A stretch of 64,000 nucleotides of DNA from a virus, in IMG/VR virus record IMGVR_UViG_3300017963_000014, positions 1 through 64,000 of that record; one strand, 5' to 3'. Shown here piece after piece: positions 17,084-24,323 of this stretch. A program made the translations under genes and the position numbers. How positions within the stretch are numbered: position 1 is the stretch's first letter; every line of letters starts with the position of its first letter. A model generated the notes under the pieces. It was not told the DNA's origin, ran no database searches, and worked only from the letters and a program-made list of their open reading frames with translations.

Positions 17084-17122
17084 CGCCCCTCCGTACAGAA
17101 ACTTTCTATCCAAGATGAGCAG

Positions 17123-17716
17123 CTAGCCGTAGACGCGGCGAAGCGCGGCACGGTCGCGGGCGGAGAGCCGGCCCGAGCGCTGCTCGGAGGCGACGGGGAA
17201 CATCACGGAGCCGCGCTCCCCGTCGTCGTCGAGCCCGAGCGCGTGCCCGAGCTCGTGGAGGACGACGCGCTCGAGGAGCGGCGTCCCCGGCGCGATCGAG
17301 ACCGTCGCCGAGAGGATCCGGCCGGTCCGGAGGTCGTACCGGTGCTCCGTCGTACCGCCCGCCCCGAGCCCGGGGTCCCGCGGACGGACGTAGACGAGTG
17401 CGGCGGTCGCGCCGACCGGCTCGCGGTCGAGCCGCCAATCTAGGGGAGGGGAGAGCGCCTCGCGCCCGACGGCGTCGTTTAGCTCCGCGCGCGCCGACTC
17501 GAGCGCGGGGTAGACCTCGCCCGGTAGGTCGGGCGAGACGAAGAGGTCGAGGGGGAGGAACGCGCGGTCCCAGCGGAGCTCGACGCCGCCGCGCCGGAGG
17601 AACCCGGGGTCGCCCGGGCGGCGAACGAGGGCGTAGACGAGCCCGGCGAGGGCGGCGAGGAGGATCGCCGCGCCGGCGGCGGTCGTCCAGGGGTTCGCGG
17701 CGAGGAAGGCTAGCAC
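17123..17716 (-). CDS. Membrane-anchored metzincin (matrixin-like) metallopeptidase
   Basis: N-terminal hydrophobic helix, HELGHALGLDD, Met-turn SVMFP, LSARD..AL..VYG. Confidence 0.8.
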   Translation of the reverse strand: MLAFLAANPWTTAAGAAILLAALAGLVYALVRRPGDPGFLRRGGVELRWDRAFLPLDLFVSPDLPGEVYPALESARAELNDAVGREALSPPLDWRLDREPVGATAALVYVRPRDPGLGAGGTTEHRYDLRTGRILSATVSIAPGTPLLERVVLHELGHALGLDDDGERGSVMFPVASEQRSGRLSARDRAALRRVYG

Positions 17717-17943
17717 GCGGCCCCCTCTAGGAAGCGCCGCGCCTCCTCGACGTGGACGAGCCAGCCCCGGCGCCCCTCCGGCCGGTGCGCCCGGAGCGCG
17801 CCGGTCCGGACGGCGTAGAGCGCGCCCGCGCGGGTCACCCCGCGGAGCTCCGCGACCTCCGGGAGCGGGAGGAACGTCCGCCGGGGGCGTCGCTCCGCTC
17901 GGGACGGCGGGTCGGAGTCCGAGGACGGGATCGAGATAGGCAT
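17710..17943 (-). CDS. Excisionase-like helix-turn-helix protein
   Basis: LPLPEVAELRGVT...LYAVRTGALRA...W.V. Confidence 0.7.
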   Translation of the reverse strand: MPISIPSSDSDPPSRAERRPRRTFLPLPEVAELRGVTRAGALYAVRTGALRAHRPEGRRGWLVHVEEARRFLEGAAC

Positions 17944-17965
17944 CCGCGGGGGCCTCCTCCGGCCC

Positions 17966-19132
17966 CTAGGCCCGCCTACGGGCGCCCCGGAGCCGGAGAC
18001 GGGCGCGGGGGCGCTCGAGCTCTCCCGGGGCGCGGAGGGCGGCTAGGAGCGCCTCCTCCGGCGCGTCCCCGGGGTCGGTCCCGCGGGGCATCGGCCGGAA
18101 CTCGGCCCGGGTCGAGGCCCCGAGGGCGCCGCGGACGGACTCGAAGAGGGTAGCGCCGCCGGCGTCGCCGTCCGCTAGGTGGATGACGCCCGGCGCCCCC
18201 CGGATCCTCGCGGCCTGCCGCGGGTAGAGCCGCGCCCCGAGGACCGCGACGACGTTCCCGAAGGGGACGTCCGAGACCCCGGGGTTCCGGAGGAGGAGCG
18301 CGCGGACCCGCTCGGCGTCGAGGATCCCCTCGACGAGCGCGACCGGGCGGTCGAGGTCGAGGGGGTCGGGGGCCCAGAGGAGGCCGGCGTCCCGCGGTCC
18401 GGCGACGCCGGGGCAGTAGCGGCCCTTCTCGCGGGAGGGGACGCGGAAGATCGAGCGGACGAACCAGTTCGCGGGCTCGCCGTCCTCGCCCGCGATAGGA
18501 AAGATAATTCCGGGTGCGGTTCTCTTTAGGGTTCGGCCGAAGCGGTCGCTAGCTCGGAGGCTCCGGACGGCGCGGACCCCGAGCTCGAGCGCCCGCGCGA
18601 GCGGGAGCCCGCGACGCTCGGCGAACTCCCGGAACTCCGGGGGCGCGTCCGCGAGCGGGGCGGAGGGGGGCCAGGCGAGGGGGAGGAACTCCGGCCTCGC
18701 GAGGACCGCCTCGCGCCGGCGGAGGACCGCCTCGCCCGCGCGGTCGGCGTCGATCGCCTCCTCGTCGAGGTACTCCCGGCGGAGGAACCGGGCGGCGTCC
18801 CGCCGCTCCTCGGAAGTCGGGGGGCGGTCCCAGGCGTCCGAGCGGACGCGGGCGACGAGGTCGAGGAAGTCGAGCCCGCGGAGCCCGGCCTCGCCGGGGT
18901 GGCTCCAGCAGTTGAAGCGCCCGAGGAGCGAGCCCCCGTCCCGCGCCGGGACGTCCTCGACGCAGACGTGGAAGCTCGGGTTCGCGTCGACGTGCGCGGG
19001 GTCGGGGCACGGGCAGTAGGCGTCCGACCCGACGCGATCGACGACCTCGAGCCCGAGGTCCTCGAGGACCTCCTCGAGGTCGAGCCGCCGGAGGAGGCGC
19101 TGCGTCCGCTCGAGTTCCCGCTTCCGGCCCAC
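17966..19132 (-). CDS. dnaG: DnaG-like primase (zinc-binding domain plus TOPRIM)
   Basis: CPDPAH.D.NPSF...CWS zinc domain, IIFPI, VEGILD, DGDAGG, DPGD. Confidence 0.8.
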   Translation of the reverse strand: MGRKRELERTQRLLRRLDLEEVLEDLGLEVVDRVGSDAYCPCPDPAHVDANPSFHVCVEDVPARDGGSLLGRFNCWSHPGEAGLRGLDFLDLVARVRSDAWDRPPTSEERRDAARFLRREYLDEEAIDADRAGEAVLRRREAVLARPEFLPLAWPPSAPLADAPPEFREFAERRGLPLARALELGVRAVRSLRASDRFGRTLKRTAPGIIFPIAGEDGEPANWFVRSIFRVPSREKGRYCPGVAGPRDAGLLWAPDPLDLDRPVALVEGILDAERVRALLLRNPGVSDVPFGNVVAVLGARLYPRQAARIRGAPGVIHLADGDAGGATLFESVRGALGASTRAEFRPMPRGTDPGDAPEEALLAALRAPGELERPRARLRLRGARRRA

Positions 19133-19135
19133 GGG

Positions 19136-19399
19136 CTAGGGGTCCTCGCTCGGACCGAGCCCCCGGCGGGCGCGGAGCTTAAGCTCGTCACGAAAAGCAG
19201 ATAGAACCGTAGACGCGCTCCGCTCAGATACCCTCTTAGCCCGCTCGAAGTAGGGCCCCGGGTCGATCCGGAGGGAGTGAAACTCGGCGACGATAGAATC
19301 GAACGCTAAACGCCGCTTATCGAGACTGGAGAGGCAGACGGGCATCGCGTTTAAGCAGTCGCGGAGAATTCCTAGATTTAAAGATCCGATTTTCCCCAT
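19136..19399 (-). CDS. Hypothetical protein (87 aa)
   Basis: Fills the gap between DnaB and primase; TAATG overlap. Confidence 0.55.
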   Translation of the reverse strand: MGKIGSLNLGILRDCLNAMPVCLSSLDKRRLAFDSIVAEFHSLRIDPGPYFERAKRVSERSASTVLSAFRDELKLRARRGLGPSEDP

Positions 19400-20748
19400 T
19401 AGTCAGTCCGCTTCTCGAAGGTCGTCGACTCCTTCCCGATCCGGCAGACCTCGGGGTAGAACTCGAAGCCGACGACAACCTTCTGCGGCCCCCTCCGCTG
19501 CTTCGCGATCTCGACCTCGAGGATATCGTCCTCGGCCGCCTCCGGGTCGTAGTACTTCTCGCGGTGAATCAGGAGTACGAGGTCCGCGACCTCCTCGTAG
19601 CCGCCGGAGTTCTTCAGCTCGTGGAGCTGCGGCCGGAGGTTCGTCGACTTCTTCCCGATCCGCTTGTCGAGCCTCCGGATCTGGTGAACGACGACCGCGC
19701 AGAACTTCCGCCGCTTCGCGAGCTTCTTCAGGCGGCGGAGCGAGTCCGTAACGAGCGAGGGCTTCAGCTCGCCCTTCAGGAGGTACTCGTATATATCGAG
19801 AATTACTAGGTCGTAGCTCTCCTCCTCGACCCGGGCCTCGAGGTCGTCGAGCGAGTCGAGCTCGTCGTCGAAGGAGATGCACTCGTCGTCGAGGATCAGC
19901 TTCGCCGCCTTCTCGATCTTAAAGAGTTCCTCCTCCGTGAGCTGGTCCGGGGTCTTGATCAGCCGCTCCGCCTCGAGCTCGAGGTTCGCGCAGACCATCT
20001 GCTCGACGACCGAGTCCGTCCCCGCCTCGATCGGGGCGGAGAGGACCCGACGCTTCCTCCGGGACTGCCGGCGGGTAAGTACCGAACACAACGTACTTTT
20101 TCCCATACCGGGCCGACCGGCGAGGACGACGACGTCCCCCGGGCGGAGCCCGCGGTAGAGGTGCCGGTCGAGCGGCGTGAAGCCCGTCTCCCGGAAGTTC
20201 TCGGCGCGGTTCCGCGCGACGTCCTCGAGCCCCGCGAACCACTCCCGCCGGAGGCTCTCCCCGCGGCGGAGGCGGGCGTCCCTCCGTCCCTCCCGGAGCT
20301 TCCGGAGGACGCCGAGGGCGGAGGCCTCGGTCTCCGCGAGGTCCGCGTGCGGGTCCTCGAGGTTCGCGTAGAGCTCGGCGAAGTCGTCGGCGGTCCCCGC
20401 CTTCCGCGCGGCCCGGCGGACGAGCCCGAGGTGGAGCGCGAAGTTCCGCTCCGGGAGCGCGGCGAAGTTCCGCTCGAGGTCCGCGAGCCACTTCAGGGGG
20501 AGCTCGCCGTCCGAGAGCTGCGCCGCCGTGTCCCGCGCGTACGCCCCGCCGTCCGCGCGGATCCTCCGGAAGACCTCGACCGCCTTCCGGTTCCGGGGCG
20601 AGACGAACTCCTCCGGCCGGAGGCGGGGGAGCTCGCGGCGCCAGGTTTCGGGGTCGTTCGCGAGGGCGCCGAGGACGATAAGCTCGTTCTCGACGTCGAC
20701 GTCGAGCGAGAGCTCGGAGTTCCCGCGGGGTTTCCTCTCGTCGCTCAT
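19399..20748 (-). CDS. dnaB: Replicative DNA helicase DnaB
   Basis: TGF..LD, AGRPGMGKS, Q..R, RPQLHELKNSGGYEEVAD, IAKQRRG. Confidence 0.92.
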   Translation of the reverse strand: MSDERKPRGNSELSLDVDVENELIVLGALANDPETWRRELPRLRPEEFVSPRNRKAVEVFRRIRADGGAYARDTAAQLSDGELPLKWLADLERNFAALPERNFALHLGLVRRAARKAGTADDFAELYANLEDPHADLAETEASALGVLRKLREGRRDARLRRGESLRREWFAGLEDVARNRAENFRETGFTPLDRHLYRGLRPGDVVVLAGRPGMGKSTLCSVLTRRQSRRKRRVLSAPIEAGTDSVVEQMVCANLELEAERLIKTPDQLTEEELFKIEKAAKLILDDECISFDDELDSLDDLEARVEEESYDLVILDIYEYLLKGELKPSLVTDSLRRLKKLAKRRKFCAVVVHQIRRLDKRIGKKSTNLRPQLHELKNSGGYEEVADLVLLIHREKYYDPEAAEDDILEVEIAKQRRGPQKVVVGFEFYPEVCRIGKESTTFEKRTD

Positions 20749-21380
20749 CTAGACCCCCGGAAGCTCGGGGCGGAGAAGACGATCGACTCGAACTCGTTCA
20801 GGAGGTCGCGGAAGCGCTCGGAGAGCCCGTCGTCGGAGTTGAGCGTGAGGATCGTCGGCGCCTCGAGCGCGAGCCGCCGCTCGATCGTCCGCTCGACGTA
20901 GTGCTCCTCCCCCCGGAACCCCTCGACCCGCGCGACGTCGTCGAGGACGAGGAGCGACGAGGTCTCGAGCCGCTCGCGGAGCGCCTCGCGCCGGTCCTCC
21001 TCCTCGTCGTCGCCCCTGCCGTAGAGCGCGCGGAAGCGGAGGTCGACGAGGTCGGACGCGGGGAGGAAGAGCGGGGCGGTCCGGAGGAAGACCGAGGGAA
21101 TCGAGGCGTAGTACTCGCGGAGTAGCCAGACGGCGGAGCGGGTCTTCCCGCTCCCGATCGAGCCCCGGAGCGCGAGGAGGACCGGCTCCTCCGCCGCGAC
21201 GAGTCGGTCGCGGGCGCGCTCGAGCTTCCGGAGCAGCCCGCGGTAGGCGTCCCGCTCCTTCGAGTCTCGGGGGAGGCTCATATCCGCGAGGTCGAGCCGC
21301 GCGAACTTCCGCGGCGCGTTCGTTCGGCGGACGAGGAGGCGGAGCCACTCGGGGGAGCCCCTCTCGGGTCGACGGTTCAA
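20745..21380 (-). CDS. DnaC/IstB-like AAA+ helicase loader
   Basis: GSIGSGKT, LLVLDDV, TILTLN; between initiator and DnaB; TTG start in a TTGA overlap. Confidence 0.8.
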   Translation of the reverse strand: MNRRPERGSPEWLRLLVRRTNAPRKFARLDLADMSLPRDSKERDAYRGLLRKLERARDRLVAAEEPVLLALRGSIGSGKTRSAVWLLREYYASIPSVFLRTAPLFLPASDLVDLRFRALYGRGDDEEEDRREALRERLETSSLLVLDDVARVEGFRGEEHYVERTIERRLALEAPTILTLNSDDGLSERFRDLLNEFESIVFSAPSFRGSR

Positions 21381-22546
21381 ATTATTCCCTCTTTCCTCCA
21401 GCGCTCGGTCTGCTTCCGCGACTCCTCCCGCCAGTAGGCGAGGTCCGCTCCGCGCTCGTCGTTAATCTCCCGGGGCGAGCGCTTACGCCCGCTCCCGGGG
21501 GTTCTATCCAGGGATGCGAGGACGCCGCCGTTGTACGGCGAACCGAAGAAGTACGCGAAGGCGACGGGCTTCCCCCGCGCCGGCGCGGTCGAGAGGACCT
21601 TATCGACGGCGGAGCGCCAGCGCTCTACGGATCCCTCGAGCTGCCGGTCTACGTACGCGCGGACGCCGTGAACCGCCCTCGACCCGTAGTTCCCCGAGCC
21701 GAAGGTCCCGCCGACGAAGTCGGGGTCCTCCCTCCCGAGGACCTCGCGGAAGCGGACGACCCAGTAGCCGACGAGGTCGGCGTTCCGCCAGGAGGCGTCG
21801 GAGTCCCTAGAGCGCCAGGCGAGGTACTCGGGGCGCTCGCTCGGGGTCTCCGCGTACTCCTCCCCCGATCCCGGTTTCGGGATCCTTCTCTTTCGCGGGG
21901 CGCCTTCCTTCTGAGTCGAGGCGGAAGCCGTCCCCCTCTTTCGCGAGGCGCTACCGTCGTCCTCGTAGGGTTCTTCGCCGGCGTCTGCCTCCGGGTCGAC
22001 GTCCCCCGGTTCCTCGAGCGCCGGCGGAGTCGGCGCCCGATCTCTACGGGTACTCTCTTCTACTACTCTCTTAGTGGTATCACCTCGATACCTATCACCT
22101 GTATCACCACGATACCGATCACCGGTATCGCCACGATACCTATCTGGACCGTCTTCCTCCTTTCCGTTTGCTAATACAGAATCTTTCTGTACAGCTTTCT
22201 GTACACGGGTAAGGAGAAGACTCTCCCCCTCCGCGGCGAGCCACTCGGGCCAGAGCGGGCGGTACTCGGTTAGCTTCCTCCCGCCGTCCCGGCGAATACG
22301 CACCTCGAGGAGTCCCTCGCGCTCGAGTTCCCGAACGACCCGGGGGAGGTTTCGACGGTCGATCCCTGAGATCTTCGAGAGTAGTCGGCTCGAGAGATGT
22401 CGGGTTCGGTCGCTTCGGAGGTAGGTGAAGATCCGGGTCCAGACGATCTTCGAGGCGACTCCGACCCGCTTGGTATCCGCGAGGGGTATCGGGTACTTCA
22501 AGAAGAGGTAATCGTCGGGCGAGTGCGGCGACTCAGTCCTCGACAT
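21377..22546 (-). CDS. Replication initiator (lambda O-like): N-terminal wHTH, internal repeats
   Basis: wHTH N-terminus, (G/P)DRYRGDT x3, directly upstream of loader and DnaB. Confidence 0.7.
   Translation of the reverse strand: MSRTESPHSPDDYLFLKYPIPLADTKRVGVASKIVWTRIFTYLRSDRTRHLSSRLLSKISGIDRRNLPRVVRELEREGLLEVRIRRDGGRKLTEYRPLWPEWLAAEGESLLLTRVQKAVQKDSVLANGKEEDGPDRYRGDTGDRYRGDTGDRYRGDTTKRVVEESTRRDRAPTPPALEEPGDVDPEADAGEEPYEDDGSASRKRGTASASTQKEGAPRKRRIPKPGSGEEYAETPSERPEYLAWRSRDSDASWRNADLVGYWVVRFREVLGREDPDFVGGTFGSGNYGSRAVHGVRAYVDRQLEGSVERWRSAVDKVLSTAPARGKPVAFAYFFGSPYNGGVLASLDRTPGSGRKRSPREINDERGADLAYWREESRKQTERWRKEGII
22076..22147. repeat. Three 24-bp iteron-like repeats, putative replication origin
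   Basis: ggtatcacctcgatacctatcacc / tgtatcaccacgataccgatcacc / ggtatcgccacgatacctatctgg; each has a GTATC-N5-GATAC palindrome; AT-richer flanks. Confidence 0.75.
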
Positions 22547-22886
22547 AGAGCACCTCCTCCCGGAGAAAGCGCTTCCCCTCCTCAGCGATCCAGTCGGGCC
22601 AGAGGAGGCGGTACTCGACGATACCCGCGGTCTCGGTCTCCCCGACCTCGAGGAGACTCAACTCCCGGAGCTCCCCGATAGCCTCCTCGACCTCCGCTCG
22701 CTCGAGCCCGAGAGTCTCCTCTAGGTACCTCGCCGGGAGGGGTTCCTCGTCGCTCGGGTAGAGGAGGCGCGTGTGGATCGCGGACCAGACCTTCGAGGCA
22801 TTCCTTCCGACGCGCTCGCTCGTCGCGAGCGGGAGCGGGACCTCTAGGTGCTGGTAATCGACGGCGGCGGCGCTACGCGGTGGCAT
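22533..22886 (-). CDS. Stand-alone wHTH protein, paralog of the initiator N-terminus
   Basis: PLPLA..ERVG....VW...LLEV...EYRLLWPDWIAEEG matches the initiator's EYRPLWPEWLAAEG. Confidence 0.75.
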   Translation of the reverse strand: MPPRSAAAVDYQHLEVPLPLATSERVGRNASKVWSAIHTRLLYPSDEEPLPARYLEETLGLERAEVEEAIGELRELSLLEVGETETAGIVEYRLLWPDWIAEEGKRFLREEVLYVED

Positions 22887-23214
22887 CCTCGACCTCCGTC
22901 TCCGAGACCGCCCGGAGGGCGGCGAGGACGCGCTCGCGGGTACCGGGGGCGAGCCAGTCGGGGAAGAGCGGCTCGAGGTCGACGAGGCGCCCGGAGCGGC
23001 GCCTACGAAGGGCGAGGAGTCCCTCGGCCTCGAGGCGGCGGGAGAGTTTGCAGGCCTGCGAGGCGGGCATCCCCGCGCGGCGCCCGACCTCGGAGAGGGT
23101 CAGCGCGACCTCGGGGTCGCGGTACTTCGCCTCGAGCGCGACGCCCCAGAGGATGGCCGGGCTCCGGCGGACTCGTTCGAGGATATCGAGCGGTATCGAG
23201 ACGACGGTAGGCAT
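22873..23214 (-). CDS. Stand-alone wHTH protein, paralog of the initiator N-terminus
   Basis: IPL..LERV...LW...LEAEGLL...PLFPDWLA. Start placed at ATG 23214 by RBS spacing. Confidence 0.7.
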   Translation of the reverse strand: MPTVVSIPLDILERVRRSPAILWGVALEAKYRDPEVALTLSEVGRRAGMPASQACKLSRRLEAEGLLALRRRRSGRLVDLEPLFPDWLAPGTRERVLAALRAVSETEVEDATA

Positions 23215-23375
23215 CTTTCTCACTCCTCCCTACAGTTGAATACTTTAGCCCTTTTACCCCGAGGTACTACCTTACTAATAGTGAAATGTAAATAGGGACT
23301 AGCGCCCGCCCGCGGACCGCGGTATAACCTCGGGGTCGACGGCGCGCGAGAACGCGCCGCACTCCTTCGGGTGGG

Positions 23376-23418
23376 AACCCCCGGTCGTCCAGAGAGTCGA
23401 CCGGGGGTTTCGTTTTTC
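23376..23418 (+). terminator. Intrinsic terminator oriented on the plus strand
   Basis: 12-bp stem aacccccggtcg/cgaccgggggtt followed by tcgtttttc. Confidence 0.6.
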
Positions 23419-23425
23419 TACCACC

Positions 23426-23506
23426 CCGCCGTCCGTTTCTCGGGGGGAACGTTGCAAACCCGTTGTCCGCCGTCCGCTTCTCGGGGGGAACGTTGCAAAA
23501 CCGTTG
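23426..23506. repeat. Tandem 40-bp repeat (2 copies, period 41)
   Basis: ccgccgtccgYttctcggggggaacgttgcaaaMccgttg twice, 2 mismatches. Confidence 0.85.
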
Positions 23507-23523
23507 CCCGTATACTTCGCGTT

Positions 23524-23838
23524 CTACCAGATCTTCTCGACCTCGTCTCCGTCGCCCTCTGCCTCCTGGATAAAGGTCTCGCAGGCGGGGCAGTAACCGG
23601 AGTTCCCCCCGAGGACGGGTTCTAAGCAGCCGGGGTAGTCGCAGAGGCGGACGCACGGGAGCCGCCGTATCTTCGCGTGGAAGTACCTCCCCGCGCTCGG
23701 CGCCTCGAGCAGGCAGAAGGCCTCCTCCGCCGCGCCGGGGTAGCGGTAGCGGGCGCCGGAGCGGAAGCGGACGAGGAGGTCCTCGCCGTCGACCGCGACC
23801 GCCGCGAGGTTCGAACTCTCGACCTTGACGGCCTTCAC
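23524..23838 (-). CDS. KTSC domain protein with C-terminal Cys4 zinc motif
   Basis: VESSNLAAV...L.VRFRSG..YRY...LLEAPSAGRYF...IR; CDYPGC...CPAC. Confidence 0.85.
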   Translation of the reverse strand: MKAVKVESSNLAAVAVDGEDLLVRFRSGARYRYPGAAEEAFCLLEAPSAGRYFHAKIRRLPCVRLCDYPGCLEPVLGGNSGYCPACETFIQEAEGDGDEVEKIW

Positions 23839-24323
23839 TTTATACCTCCCTCCGCCTCCCGGGCCTCCGCCGCGAGCTCCCGCGCCCGCCCGGCGACGAT
23901 CCGCTCGAGCGCGGGGGCGAGGAGGAAGAGCGCGTTCGCCTTCCCCCAGGGGGAGAGGCGGGCCCAGCGGATAGCTATCGAACCGAGTTCGACCCGGTAG
24001 GGGGCGGAGCGGTTACTGTCTACGGTTAGGATCGAGAGGACGACCTCGAGAACTCGGTACGCTCCGAGCGCGAGGACGTCCGCGGCGAACCGCTCGGTCC
24101 GCGCGCGGGAGTAGACCTCGCGGAAGCGCGGGCAGTCTCCGGCGTCCTCGGAGAAGGTCGACTCCCGGCAGTCCTCGACGAACTCGCAGTTCCCGCAGTC
24201 GAGCTCGAGGGGCGCTCGCTGCGCGTCCTCCTCGAAGACGAATCCCTCGAGCTCCTCCTGGACGGAGTAAACCCGCCCTCCCGCGGGGGCGGCGGTCCTC
24301 GAGTCCTCCAACTTATCGCCCAT
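23835..24323 (-). CDS. Hypothetical protein with four-Cys cluster
   Basis: CGNC..VEDC...DCPRF; coupled to neighbours. Confidence 0.6.
   Translation of the reverse strand: MGDKLEDSRTAAPAGGRVYSVQEELEGFVFEEDAQRAPLELDCGNCEFVEDCRESTFSEDAGDCPRFREVYSRARTERFAADVLALGAYRVLEVVLSILTVDSNRSAPYRVELGSIAIRWARLSPWGKANALFLLAPALERIVAGRARELAAEAREAEGGIK

Noticed and set aside
23426-23506. CRISPR mini-array
   Set aside because: Only two adjacent copies with no spacer, and no cas genes.
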